Positions 27,367 to 37,482 are shown, counted from the first letter of the stretch. The stretch: 60,427 nucleotides of DNA from Candidatus Saganbacteria bacterium (GCA_013202975.1 JABMQY010000085.1:1-60427); one strand, 5' to 3'. The notes: generated from the sequence alone by a model not told the origin. Numbers and translations: made by a program.

Positions 27367-28852
27367 CCTGGGTTGGCCAGGTGTAGTCCAGGGACATTAT
27401 CGCTCGCTGTATTGTTTCCCATGACTCTTTGTTTTGAAATGCCTCCCAGACATTCTTCATCTTGTTAGTTAAATTTGTCGAATTTAGATTATAAAAAGAA
27501 AAACCGGTTTTTCCATATTCAACCGTGTCAATAAGTCCTCCTGTTTCGTGGACTAAGGGAACAGTTCCAAAAAGCTGGGCTTTCATCTGGTTTAAGCCGC
27601 AAGGCTCATACAACGAGGGCATAAGCAGTACATCGCCGCCGGCCAAAGCAAGAATTTCAAGCTTTTCGGAAAACTTAAGATGTTTTAGCTGGTTTGGAAA
27701 TTCCCTGCGGAGAGCTCTGAGTTTGTTGACAAATTCCGGTTCCCCGTCGGCGATAAAGATAAACTGTAATTTTGGGTTTTCCAGGATCATATCTCTAATA
27801 GATTCAAGAGCTACATCTATTCCTTTTTGACCGGCCAGGCGAGAGGTCCAGGTGACGATCATGGCATCTTTGTCGATTGGAAGGCCTGCTTTTTTCTGAA
27901 GAGCTTCTCGATTTATTATTCTTCCATTCAAATCGTTTTTTGAAAAATTTGCAGGTATTATTTTCTTGTCATAAAAATATTGAGGAGTGAAAGATTCTGG
28001 CAGACCATTTAATATCCCGTGCACATCCGGCCGGCGGGTCTCAAGAATCCCCTGATAAAGACTGGCTGGGTAGGGGGTATATCCGCTCAATATTTCATCT
28101 ACATAATGGGGGCTTACTGTTACAATTTTATTACTAAACATTATTGCCGCTTTATGGGCATCCACTTTTCCATGGAACTCAATCCCTTTGTCCCAGCTGT
28201 AGAATGCCGGGTCTTGCTTGAAGGGAAGATTTAGAAGAAATGAGAACTCCCCCAGACTAAGGCGGCTGTCAAATCCATATCCCAGATTGTGAATATTATA
28301 GATAAAAGGAAGATGCGCCGAATTAGGGTACTGTCTTAAGAACAGCGGGATAAAGCCGCTCTGCCAGTCGTGGCCGTGAACAATATCGGGAATAAACATT
28401 TTTAGACTTGGCTGCCCCTCTGCTAATTTATTGATTTTGTGATAGAGCTGATATACTGCCATGTTAAAAAAGAAGAAGCGGTAGGGATCGTCTTTGTAGC
28501 CGTAGAGCTGGGTTCGATTGCCAAAGTGAGAGCAGTCTTCTGTATCGATAAAAAAGAGGTTAAGCCGTCTTCTTTTTCCCTGTTTTAAAAAGGCCCGGTA
28601 AACCTCGCCCTCCACTTTTTGGTCGCCCATCTTGACCTCAAGAGTTGTAAAATGGTCCAGACTCCTGAAATGGTTGCGCAGGAAAAATTCAAGTGTCCCG
28701 GCATGCTTTGGCATAACCACGGTTACTTTATGGCCTTGTTTAACTAACCCTTCACTAAGTCCATAAACGGCATCTGCCATGCCGCCCGATTTTTTGATCC
28801 GGTGCATTTCTGGTGATACCATCCAAATTTTTAAGGGTCTGATTGAAGGCAT
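27317..28852 (-). CDS. Glycogen/starch synthase-like GT5 glycosyltransferase (GlgA paralog 1)
   Basis: N-terminal ..KSGGMADAVYGLSEGL.. (K-x-G-G-L motif); C-terminal ..EPCGLNQMKAQLFGTVPLVHETGGLIDTV.. matches the GlgA consensus. Its 3' end overlaps the convergent plsC-like gene by 50 nt. Confidence 0.75.
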   Translation of the reverse strand: MPSIRPLKIWMVSPEMHRIKKSGGMADAVYGLSEGLVKQGHKVTVVMPKHAGTLEFFLRNHFRSLDHFTTLEVKMGDQKVEGEVYRAFLKQGKRRRLNLFFIDTEDCSHFGNRTQLYGYKDDPYRFFFFNMAVYQLYHKINKLAEGQPSLKMFIPDIVHGHDWQSGFIPLFLRQYPNSAHLPFIYNIHNLGYGFDSRLSLGEFSFLLNLPFKQDPAFYSWDKGIEFHGKVDAHKAAIMFSNKIVTVSPHYVDEILSGYTPYPASLYQGILETRRPDVHGILNGLPESFTPQYFYDKKIIPANFSKNDLNGRIINREALQKKAGLPIDKDAMIVTWTSRLAGQKGIDVALESIRDMILENPKLQFIFIADGEPEFVNKLRALRREFPNQLKHLKFSEKLEILALAGGDVLLMPSLYEPCGLNQMKAQLFGTVPLVHETGGLIDTVEYGKTGFSFYNLNSTNLTNKMKNVWEAFQNKESWETIQRAIMSLDYTWPTQANKYVELYREVLESQP

Positions 28853-28959
28853 TTTTGCTCCCTTTTACCACCTTTTTATCGGATATATTTTTGAGAAATT
28901 TCACTAAATTTTAAAATTTTCCCGCCCTGCGGGATCCCGCCCCGCGGGACAGTCTATTT

Positions 28960-31900
28960 TTATTTTAACAACTTTTGCTGTAGTTTAGCTACTCTTTCTT
29001 GTAACCTTTCTTTTTCCTTTTGATAATATCTTTTGACCCGTGGAATTGTTGCCAGTTCCATTTGTTGGTCTAGTATCCTACACGCTTTTTTAACTTCTCT
29101 TGCATAATGAGTTACTAGAGCGGATAGTGATCCGGTTTTTTTGTTAAGAGCGTCAAAAATTTGTTTCCTGTATGGCTCAAATTCAGGGGAAAGTTCCATA
29201 TCTGCTGCACTCAAAAGATTGAAAGATCTATCTTGAGCAACGCCATAGATGTTGAGATAGCGATTTGCAGCGAGGTCTTCCATTAGTATAGTACTATCAA
29301 TTTTAATTTGAGTAAAATCCAGATCGGTAAAGGTCCATCCCTCAACCATTTTTAATTCGGCTTCTCTTAAAATTGCCCAGCGATTTGAGCTCATTTTTGT
29401 GTAGGAGGGATCGTCTTCTTTTAATAACGCAACCAGCTCGTCAGTGGTTAGATTGAAGATCTCTTTGGGCTTAGAAAAAAATCCACTGGCAACAAAACGT
29501 TTTCCAAGATCAAGCATCATCCTTGCGATTTTCCTCTGAGCCGGAACGATCAGGTGGTGGCCGTCTTCTCTTAGTGCAAGCTGGGCTTTTGAGATTGCCA
29601 GAATCTCTTTCATTTTTGGGTATGCGTCCAGGATACGTATTGCCGAAGACCTTCTCTTATCAGAATCAATTTTCATCTCCAAAACTTTTTGAAAAACCTC
29701 AAGAAGATCCTTCCCGGACATACGGGCATGTCCCTTGAACAAGAGATATAAATTATTATCATCCTTTTTGATCTCTTCCAGATCCGCCTTTTCTATTTGC
29801 TGTGATTCAAGGTGGAGTAGATAGAAATTCAGCAGCATATCTGGCGAGATATTGTTGGCTGTTTTTAACCTGCGTTGGAGGTCAATTAAGTATTCTGGTG
29901 TGTCAGATAAGACCAGAAGATTTTCATTGTTTAGCTTGTATTGATTTGACCATTGCTCGATATAATCTAGAATGTGAGGATGGTGTTTTCTTAATTTTTC
30001 CTCTATATCTGAGGTTGAACCCAAAAAGATATTTAATAGATGTGTGGTTGATCTAATCTGCTCCAGCAGGGCATAGATTTTTTTGTCTTTCTGCCTGGAG
30101 AGGTTCATTACTTTTCTTTTTGGAGTATCCGGACGGTTTGGATCTATTGTTTCATCACAAAGCCAGTCTGCTGCTGCTTCTTCTCTTAAGAAGTTGTGGA
30201 AGGCCCCTTCATCGCTCACATATTTAAGTTGATCAAACGAAAACTTGCCTACAATGGCATCCAGCCAAAAACCAAAATGCATCCATGAAAAAATTTCAAC
30301 CAAATTGTCTACGACTGCTTCCACATTTGATTTGTCAATTCTTTTAACCGGAGCTAGGAATTTTGCAAATTTTTTAAACCCTTCCCAGCGTGCCTCAAAT
30401 AGTTTTTTGCAGTCTTCTACTCTAAAATTGTTAGACCCGACCAAAAAATTATAAATACTTTTAGGGTCATTTGGAGTAACTTTGTGCATTAAGGAAATCC
30501 CATGGGGTTCATTTTTTATCTGACGCTCTTGTGTGGTCAAAACCCAAGGGCGCCGGTTTAAAAACATATCATTTAATATTTCTGTTAATCGGTCCCAGGC
30601 CTTATAATAATAGTCAACTTCAAAAATAGGATATCTGCTTGAGCGGCGGCGCCAATGGCCTTCCAGGTCTTCCAAAAAGACCTCGGCCCTTTTGAGTTTA
30701 CTTAAATCCCAGGGACGAAATATTTCATGCAGATCCAGGCCTTCTGCTTCTTTTTGCACCGATTCTGCGTCAGGAAGCCATTCGTTGAGTCTGCGCTCTT
30801 CCTGGATAATCGGCAGTTCTCCCAAATAAACTGTTTTTCTTTCTGCATCAAAAGTAACATTGAGGCCTTCATGGGGGGATAATTGTTCAATTGCTCCGAC
30901 AACCGATACAAGACAGGGGATTCTTTTTTCAAAGGCGTGCTGTCCGGCATGTGAAGTAGGGTCTCCGTCGGTAGTAATTACTCCGGCCAAAGAGCCAAAA
31001 ACACTGTTAAAGGCGTTGTTAGTATGATGCGTTACCAGGATTACCCCTGGTCGAACCATTGCAGCGTATTTTTCGCTTGTATGAGGCAGGATTTGCATAG
31101 GGGCAACCACTGCTCCGGGGTAGGCTACTTGAGAATTTTTATAAAGGCTCAATTTTGGTAAGCCGGATGGAACTTTAGATAAATCCAGGGTTGAGACCAT
31201 GAAGAACGATTTTCCTTCCTGGTCTTTTTCCTCTCCCTTATCTTTTGAGCGTGCCTGAACCATTACGATTTCGTTATTTCTTTTGTCTAAAACATATTCA
31301 ATATCTATTTCATCGGCCAGTCCTTTTTTTCTATAGGCTTCGTGCACAATTTTAGCAATCTGTCCTATAGCCAAAACATGGTCATCTTCCAGGCTGGGAG
31401 TAGAATCATCAATTTTGTGTTCTGATATCCCACCTTCTTTATTTTCAAGATAACGGGTTTTTTTGTGTTGAATTTTCCTTTCTAATATTTGATCGGCTAA
31501 TAATCCGACCAACCAGCGGTCTGCCAGGCCTTCTCCTTCTACAACTCCTTCACCCTGGCCGGGGTGAGCAGTTATACGATAAACAGGTCGTCTGCTCCCG
31601 GGGTCAAAAGAAAAAACCACTCCTGCTGCTTTTGCGGGTATAAACTCTTGCAGCAGCACTGCCATGCGTGCCATAGAGTGGGGGAAACCCATATCTAATC
31701 TGTATTCCACAAACCCGTCAGAAAATAGGCTTTGCCAGACTTTTATTACACTTTCACAAACCTGATCTATTGTAATTTGGTGAGAGAAAGAATCTGCTCT
31801 GCCTGCGGCAGTATGTTTTTTCATATCTTCTGAGTTTGCAGAACTTCTTACCATAATATCTTGTCCCAGTCTTTCGAATTCTCTCTTAATCTGTTCCAAT

Positions 31901-33339
31901 AAATCAGGCGGAAATTTGATCTTGCCAATTTCATTTCTAATTTTTTGGGCAATCTGCTTTCTTTCTGCTTTTGTGATTGCTTGTTCCAATTGTTTTATCT
32001 GTCTTCGTATATTTGGATTACTTAAGACTAGTTTTTCGTAAGCACAAATAGTAATTGCTGATGTGCGGGGGATTTTTACCCGGGGATTAATTTTGCTTAT
32101 TTTAGCCAGTGTATTGGTGTTTGTCCCTTTTCCTCCGACGATGTGGACAAAACCGGCTGTTTTAGATGTAATATCAACCATATCCGGCAAATGGTGGTCG
32201 GTTGCAGCCCAGGCAGTATCCGACCCAAAATAGGGTGCGGTTAAATCAAGGGCGAATCCGGTCGGATTATGCTTAAATTGGTGCCGGACTTCCAGCCAGT
32301 GCATAAAAACCATATTGTCAGAATCAATTGTTTTTAGTCTATTTACTAGAGTATCGGGATCTGTCCCTTTTTCTAAGGCTGAAGTTGCACTAGCTTTTGC
32401 GTTAACCTTTTTCTGCTGAAGGGTTCTTATTATTTCTTCTTCTTTTTCTGTCAGTCTGCATGCCAGCAGCGAATTCTGGTCAACATTAAATACAGGATAA
32501 ATATATGGAATGGCCGCCCATCTTTTAATTTTTTCTGCAACTTTGATTACCCGGCTTCTGGGAATCGAGGGATCTGTTGCCATTACCGACAGGGCCCTTT
32601 TGTTTCGATCGTAATGGATTAATATTCCATTTAGCTCACTTTTCTTCATTTCCTGATAAATAGTATCTAAAAGCTCTTCTTCTTCATCAGAAAAAGCATA
32701 GAAGTCGTAAGAGATCAATTGGCTGGAATAGCCTTTCTTTGGACCTGCTGTTTTAAAGCGGGAAGGATCCATTGTGACCCCTGTCTCTTTTTTAACCGCC
32801 AGGGCAGCTGCCTGTGTCAGGGTTTGATCTGCTTTGGGTTTTGCGTTTGCTGAGACAGTGTAGGTATTTGCAAAAAGCCTTTTAAATGATCCTCTCTGCT
32901 GCAATAAAACCTTTTCCCCGCTAGAATCAAAGACTAATATTTGTGCTGCACTTTTGATTTTTCCATCACGAAACATCCCCTGATGCCACTTTACTACCTT
33001 GTCCAGCATGATTTTGGTTGTATAGTAATGAGAGAGCAGGGGATCTTCTAAATCTGCACCCTGCAAAAGCTTGGGTTTTATCTCATCCATTATCTCTTCT
33101 AATAAAGGCTTTGCCTCTTCGTATCGTGATTTTGCAAATAAAGCTCTTACATTTCTTAGCTTTGTTTGTACTTGAGTGAGAATATCTTCTCGAAAAAAAA
33201 GATTAGAAATACTGGCCGTAAGTTTTGGAAAAAGTGTTCCGGCATAAGCCGGGAGATCTCTCCGGGCCCTTGTTTTAAGTCTGTGCAGTTTGCTAGAAAG
33301 ACTGTATTTGCATGTCGAAAGCTTACTTAGATAGACCAT
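28960..33339 (-). CDS. 1459-aa multidomain PEP-utilising-enzyme-family dikinase/phosphotransferase (PPDK_N ATP-grasp + phosphohistidine swivel domain) with degenerate Nudix-like N-terminal fold and ~650-aa unknown C-terminal region; candidate glucan,water-dikinase-like enzyme
   Basis: ..FVHIVGGKGTNTNTLAKI..PRVKIPRTSAITICAYEKLV.. and ..VRSSANSEDMKKHTAAGRADSF.. match the PPDK_N/PEP-synthase nucleotide-binding domain. ..ITTDGDPTSHAGQHAFEKRIPCLVSVVG.. matches the PEP-utilisers mobile His domain. Residues ~125-200 (..ILVFDSSGEKVLLQQRGSFKRLFANTYTVSANAKPKADQTLTQAAALAVKKETGV..) fit a Nudix box with the catalytic Glu residues lost. Confidence 0.7.
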   Translation of the reverse strand: MVYLSKLSTCKYSLSSKLHRLKTRARRDLPAYAGTLFPKLTASISNLFFREDILTQVQTKLRNVRALFAKSRYEEAKPLLEEIMDEIKPKLLQGADLEDPLLSHYYTTKIMLDKVVKWHQGMFRDGKIKSAAQILVFDSSGEKVLLQQRGSFKRLFANTYTVSANAKPKADQTLTQAAALAVKKETGVTMDPSRFKTAGPKKGYSSQLISYDFYAFSDEEEELLDTIYQEMKKSELNGILIHYDRNKRALSVMATDPSIPRSRVIKVAEKIKRWAAIPYIYPVFNVDQNSLLACRLTEKEEEIIRTLQQKKVNAKASATSALEKGTDPDTLVNRLKTIDSDNMVFMHWLEVRHQFKHNPTGFALDLTAPYFGSDTAWAATDHHLPDMVDITSKTAGFVHIVGGKGTNTNTLAKISKINPRVKIPRTSAITICAYEKLVLSNPNIRRQIKQLEQAITKAERKQIAQKIRNEIGKIKFPPDLLEQIKREFERLGQDIMVRSSANSEDMKKHTAAGRADSFSHQITIDQVCESVIKVWQSLFSDGFVEYRLDMGFPHSMARMAVLLQEFIPAKAAGVVFSFDPGSRRPVYRITAHPGQGEGVVEGEGLADRWLVGLLADQILERKIQHKKTRYLENKEGGISEHKIDDSTPSLEDDHVLAIGQIAKIVHEAYRKKGLADEIDIEYVLDKRNNEIVMVQARSKDKGEEKDQEGKSFFMVSTLDLSKVPSGLPKLSLYKNSQVAYPGAVVAPMQILPHTSEKYAAMVRPGVILVTHHTNNAFNSVFGSLAGVITTDGDPTSHAGQHAFEKRIPCLVSVVGAIEQLSPHEGLNVTFDAERKTVYLGELPIIQEERRLNEWLPDAESVQKEAEGLDLHEIFRPWDLSKLKRAEVFLEDLEGHWRRRSSRYPIFEVDYYYKAWDRLTEILNDMFLNRRPWVLTTQERQIKNEPHGISLMHKVTPNDPKSIYNFLVGSNNFRVEDCKKLFEARWEGFKKFAKFLAPVKRIDKSNVEAVVDNLVEIFSWMHFGFWLDAIVGKFSFDQLKYVSDEGAFHNFLREEAAADWLCDETIDPNRPDTPKRKVMNLSRQKDKKIYALLEQIRSTTHLLNIFLGSTSDIEEKLRKHHPHILDYIEQWSNQYKLNNENLLVLSDTPEYLIDLQRRLKTANNISPDMLLNFYLLHLESQQIEKADLEEIKKDDNNLYLLFKGHARMSGKDLLEVFQKVLEMKIDSDKRRSSAIRILDAYPKMKEILAISKAQLALREDGHHLIVPAQRKIARMMLDLGKRFVASGFFSKPKEIFNLTTDELVALLKEDDPSYTKMSSNRWAILREAELKMVEGWTFTDLDFTQIKIDSTILMEDLAANRYLNIYGVAQDRSFNLLSAADMELSPEFEPYRKQIFDALNKKTGSLSALVTHYAREVKKACRILDQQMELATIPRVKRYYQKEKERLQERVAKLQQKLLK

Positions 33340-34816
33340 AAAAAAGGTCCTCGTATTCTTTTCCAGAATCGTCCCACAAAAACCTGGTTTGCATCCCTCT
33401 CATTTGTAGGGCACTCCAAACTTCCTCACTATTAAAGACTTCAATGGCACGGTGGATTGCCTCTGCCATCGCAGCTGAAGAATACTCCTCAAATTCAAAG
33501 CCGTTACCGCTTTCTAGATCCCTTGAAATATCAATAATAGTGTCAGCCAATCCGCCGGTTATGCGTACAATAGGAATAGTTCCATATCGCAGCGCGATCA
33601 TCTGGGTTAAGCCGCACGGCTCGTATCGGGAGGGCATTAAAAACATATCACAGGCTGCATAGATTTTTTGGGCCAGATTGCTATCGAAGGCAAGGCGTAA
33701 ACCAAAAGTCTCACCAGAAAGTTTCGAAAGCTCTTGCTCTAATTGCGGGTCGCCGGTACCTAGAAGGACTATCTGTGCCTTATTAGCCAGGCCGGGAATT
33801 ATATCGGGTAATAAACCATATCCTTTTTGTCCCTGATCAATTCTACCGACTGTGCCTATTAGTGGAAGTTTTGGATCATTTGGCAGTCCAAATTCAGCCT
33901 GTAATTCTTCTTTTAGTTTTGCCTTTGCTTCTTTTGCGTTACTTGTTCCATATTTATTATTTCCCAAAGCCTCATCTGTTTCAGGATTCCAGACCTCATA
34001 ATCCAGACCGTTTAATATCCCAAGTAAAATAGGAAGGGCCTGATAAAGGCCTGTTAGACCGACTCCGTAATCGTAACTGTCGTTGGCTCCTCCCCTGACT
34101 TCATTTGCATAGGTTGGACTAACTGTATTAACCGCGTCGGCAAAAATAAGTCCGGCCTTTAATAGGTTAACTGTTTTATAATATTCCAGGGCATCCGGAG
34201 TATATAATTCTCTCCTCAAACCTAATGTGTCTAAAAATGATAGGCCCAGGTTTTTGGGGCCCTGAAAGTTAGCATTGTGAAAGGTAAAGACAGTTTTAAT
34301 GTTTTTCATTTCTGGAACTTCGCTATAAAATTCCTTTAAAAACAGGGGGATCAAAGCGGTTTGCCAATCCTGGCAGTGTATAATATCGGGGACCCAGCCG
34401 GTTTTTCTAATAGTTTCAAGAACTGCGCGGCTAAAAAAGGCAAAACGCATCGGGTTGTCTGGATAGTCGATCCCTTTTTCCCCATAAAGCTCGGGACGGT
34501 CAAAATATTGGGGTTGATCAACTAATAATACCTGAGGGTCAGATTCCTCAACCTTCCATAATGAGCCCCACTTTATTTCATCCCTAATTTGAACATCTAC
34601 TGTTCTTCTTATATGGGTTTGTGAAAAAGAGCGATTTTCTTTTACAGAAAGATAGCGTGGTGTAAGCACCCTGCAATCATGGCCTTGTGTTGCGAGATAT
34701 TTGGGCAATGCACCCGCGACATCAGCCAGGCCTCCGCTTTTAGAAAAGGGGACAACCTCGGAGGCTGCGATTAACAGTTTTAACGGGCGATTTCTTATTG
34801 CCGGCGTTGTATTCAT
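33323..34816 (-). CDS. glgA: Glycogen synthase (GlgA paralog 2, GT5)
   Basis: ..LKLLIAASEVVPFSKSGGLADVAGALPKYLATQGHDCRVLTPRY.. and C-terminal ..SRYEPCGLTQMIALRYGTIPIVRITGGLADTI.. are canonical GlgA motifs. 17-nt overlap with the start of the dikinase gene. Confidence 0.85.
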   Translation of the reverse strand: MNTTPAIRNRPLKLLIAASEVVPFSKSGGLADVAGALPKYLATQGHDCRVLTPRYLSVKENRSFSQTHIRRTVDVQIRDEIKWGSLWKVEESDPQVLLVDQPQYFDRPELYGEKGIDYPDNPMRFAFFSRAVLETIRKTGWVPDIIHCQDWQTALIPLFLKEFYSEVPEMKNIKTVFTFHNANFQGPKNLGLSFLDTLGLRRELYTPDALEYYKTVNLLKAGLIFADAVNTVSPTYANEVRGGANDSYDYGVGLTGLYQALPILLGILNGLDYEVWNPETDEALGNNKYGTSNAKEAKAKLKEELQAEFGLPNDPKLPLIGTVGRIDQGQKGYGLLPDIIPGLANKAQIVLLGTGDPQLEQELSKLSGETFGLRLAFDSNLAQKIYAACDMFLMPSRYEPCGLTQMIALRYGTIPIVRITGGLADTIIDISRDLESGNGFEFEEYSSAAMAEAIHRAIEVFNSEEVWSALQMRGMQTRFLWDDSGKEYEDLFYGLSK

Positions 34817-34857
34817 GCTCTTATTTCGTGCAGCTATTTTAGAAATTTCAGGCTATT

Positions 34858-35730
34858 TTAATATATAACCTTATTCAGCGGATATTCAACAATTCCCTCG
34901 GCTCCGGCGCGTTTGAGTTTTGGAATCAAATCACGCACAATGGCTTCTTCAAGGATTGTATCAACATCTACCCATTTATTGTTGGATAGAGGGGCAATGG
35001 TTGGTGTTTGTAGTGCCGGTAAAAGACTTAAAATCTTCTTTAGGTTTGTACAAGGGACATTCATTTTTAGTCCGACCTTGGTTTCTGCAGCCAGTGCTCC
35101 GGTAAGCAACAAAATTAGGTTGTCCATTTTTTGTTTTTTAAATGGATCTTTAACCGCCTCTTTGTTTGAAATGATAACTGTGTTTGATTCAAGAATTGTA
35201 TCAAGGATTTTTAAGTTATTTGCACGAAGGGATGACCCTGTTTCGGTTAATTCAACAATTGCATCGGCCAATTGAGGCGGTTTTGCTTCAGTTGCTCCCC
35301 ATGAGAATTCGACGTTAGCCTTTACTCCGTTTTTCTTTAAATATTTTTTTGTAAGTTCAACAAATTCGGTTGCAATTCTCTTTCCCTCTAAATCTTTTAC
35401 GCTTTTTATTTTAGAATTAGCTAAAGCGGCCAAGACTATTTTAACCTTTTTTAGTCCCTGTTTTGCATAAATAAGATCTGCCAGCTTAATAACCTTGCGC
35501 CCTGATTCCATAACCCAGTCTGTTCCGGTTATTCCACAATCAAGCACCTTTGATTCTACATAGCGGGGCATCTCCTGTGCGCGGATAAGCATACACTCGA
35601 TTTCATCATCATCAATAGTAGGATAGTATGAACGCGAGCTGACTTTAACTATAAAACCAGCTTTTTTTAATAATCTAACGGTGCTCTCCTGCAAGCTTCC
35701 TTTTGGTATTCCTAATTTTAATTTTTTCAT
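34858..35730 (-). CDS. hisG: ATP phosphoribosyltransferase HisG (long form)
   Basis: [26 protein letters not shown].. is the typical HisG N-terminus. Internal ATG 35730 with GGAGGG RBS preferred over the track start 35811, which would run through an upstream promoter-like motif. Confidence 0.8.
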   Translation of the reverse strand: MKKLKLGIPKGSLQESTVRLLKKAGFIVKVSSRSYYPTIDDDEIECMLIRAQEMPRYVESKVLDCGITGTDWVMESGRKVIKLADLIYAKQGLKKVKIVLAALANSKIKSVKDLEGKRIATEFVELTKKYLKKNGVKANVEFSWGATEAKPPQLADAIVELTETGSSLRANNLKILDTILESNTVIISNKEAVKDPFKKQKMDNLILLLTGALAAETKVGLKMNVPCTNLKKILSLLPALQTPTIAPLSNNKWVDVDTILEEAIVRDLIPKLKRAGAEGIVEYPLNKVIY

Positions 35731-35833
35731 TTTAGCCCTCCCTGCCTGCCGATGGGCAGGTGAATTTAATTCTATCATATATATATCGTCAGGTTGAAGG
35801 AAAAATTTCACTTTTTCTCAATTGAGAGCTATA

Positions 35834-36717
35834 ATGAATTAATGCATAAGTCTTATCCTGTTATTTTTGTACATGGGATTGGTGATTCTTCGTTTGTCTG
35901 GAGAGTAACCGGTCCGGAAATCAGCAAGCTGTATGAAAAATATTATGCCCCCTTCAAGTCCGGAAGCGGTATTTTAATAAGTCGATTTGATAAAAACCCA
36001 AAGCACAGCATCCGCAATAGTTGTGTCTATCTGACCTTTAATGACCATTTCTCGGCTCCTGAAGGGCAGGTATCTGAGCTGGCTGAGATTATTTCTGAAG
36101 TAAAAACCGAGGCCGGGGCAGACCGTGTCAATCTGGTTTGTCACTCGATGGGAGGGCTAGTAGCCAGAAAATACCTGGCAGAACATCTAACTAACCATGG
36201 AGTTAATAAATTAGTTATGATTGGGACCCCAAATTTAGGAGCAAATTTATTAAGATTTCATCATCTGCCAACTATTTTGATTGTTGCCGGAATTATTCTT
36301 ACCTTGATTCTACAGAATATCTTTTTTCTTTTAATAACACAGTTGGGACTGATTGTTAGTCTTCTTGCTTATATTCGCGGAGTAAACCTTCTCTCCGGCG
36401 CGGCAGAGGCAATGACCCCGGATTCGCGATTTCTGAAAGTTTTAAATACCAGGAAACTGCCGGCAAATGTTGAGTATGTTTGTCTGCTAAGTAAGGCCAG
36501 AGAGTTTTTTCATTCCTTATTTGGCGGTGATGGTGCGGTACAGCTTGAGAGTCAACAGTTAAGCCGCAAATGCGTGCCAAATTTTGAAGAATTAAATTAT
36601 AAAGAGATATTGATAGGCCGCTCCCATTTTGAGGAGCCCCAGGAGGCGGATGGGATTGTAAAGGCCCTGGGACTGTATTATATGGCCCGTCCAATCAAAC
36701 AGCATCCGGATGAATAG
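35834..36717 (+). CDS. Alpha/beta-hydrolase (lipase/esterase-like, PGAP1-type) with a TM segment
   Basis: ..YPVIFVHGIGDSS.. and nucleophile elbow ..VCHSMGGLVARKY... Start uncertain (35794, 35834 or 35842 possible). Confidence 0.6.
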
Positions 36718-36785
36718 AACAAAAAAATTGCCTACTAAGAAGCAGGATCAAAAAAAGAGTGAAATTTTTGGGAATTTGATATGAA

Positions 36786-36833
36786 ATAATATGTAGGGCA
36801 GAGCAGTGTTCTGCCCGTACAAAAATCCTCCGA
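36786..36833 (+). promoter_or_regulatory. Conserved 5'-leader element: ATATGTAG + hairpin (GGGCAGA/TCTGCCC) + CGTACAAA; second copy at 53868..53922
   Basis: ATATGTAGGGCAGAGCAGTGTTCTGCCCGTACAAA vs ATATGTAGATAGGGTAGATCA...TGATCTGCCCGTACAAA. Both lie 35-50 nt upstream of a start codon. Confidence 0.4.
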
Positions 36834-36867
36834 AGCCCGCAGGGCGAAGGAGGGGGAGGGTTTAATT

Positions 36868-37482
36868 GTGCCAATAGCACAGATATCATCAATGACTTTT
36901 TATCGTCCAGGAGGGAAGGGGAGTATAACAGATAAAAGACTAATTAGAAAAAATGTTGAAGAGTTTTCAGCTGGACACTTGCTTGCGAAGCCATCTGATT
37001 GCGCATTTTGGCCAGCAGAGGTCGGATCAATGAGCGAAGTCTTACTCTGTGAAAGAGATGAAGGGGAAGGGCCTCTCTCTTTTTCGTTCTCTATCTTTAG
37101 GAGAATAGACAATGAGGCTGTCAAACAAATACACAACATGCAAATTCCATTAATGTTCCTGCGTCCACTTGTTCTGCCTGATGGTATAGTGAAATATACT
37201 GATATTTATTGCCAAGAAGATGGGGAATTTAGGCTTAGTAACAAAGATCTTCTACTTTCGGGATTACACTCAACTACTTTGCACGATCGCTTCACACTTG
37301 ATCAGGAAAGATGCCAAATAGCTTTTCCAGAGGTAGTTGATGCAAGATCTCCTCTCTTTGGTCCGCTTGAGGATCTCTTTTCTGGCGAGGCTGCAGATCA
37401 AGAACAGATTGCTGAGGTTGTAATGAAATTGCTCTTTCAAGCACAAAAGAGGGCACTAATAGGAACTTATTCAGAGCAATAA
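36868..37482 (+). CDS. Hypothetical protein (204 aa), GTG start
   Basis: ORF preceded by RBS GAAGGAGGGGGAGGG; no recognised domain. Confidence 0.45.
   Translation: MPIAQISSMTFYRPGGKGSITDKRLIRKNVEEFSAGHLLAKPSDCAFWPAEVGSMSEVLLCERDEGEGPLSFSFSIFRRIDNEAVKQIHNMQIPLMFLRPLVLPDGIVKYTDIYCQEDGEFRLSNKDLLLSGLHSTTLHDRFTLDQERCQIAFPEVVDARSPLFGPLEDLFSGEAADQEQIAEVVMKLLFQAQKRALIGTYSEQ

Noticed and set aside
28853-28959. GC-rich CCCGC/GCGGG hairpin pair between glgA paralog 1 and the dikinase gene, considered as a regulatory RNA
   Set aside because: Most simply explained as a terminator/insulator between two co-directional minus-strand genes (two short GC hairpins followed by an AT-rich tract); nothing more specific is supportable.
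35731-35811. N-terminal 27-aa extension of hisG in the ORF track (start 35811, or in-frame ATG 35778 inside the promoter-like motif)
   Set aside because: The extension lacks similarity to HisG N-termini and runs through the conserved AAAATTGACGATATATAT-type motif. An internal ATG with a GGAGGG RBS gives the canonical [11 protein letters not shown] start. Similarly, track starts at 9534, 16107, 50933, 52116 and 53916 were moved to internal RBS-supported ATGs.
36695-36892. 65-aa and 79-aa minus-strand ORFs in the 36717-36868 intergenic region
   Set aside because: They overlap the conserved leader/hairpin element and the RBS of ORF 36868; no start context. Likely non-coding.
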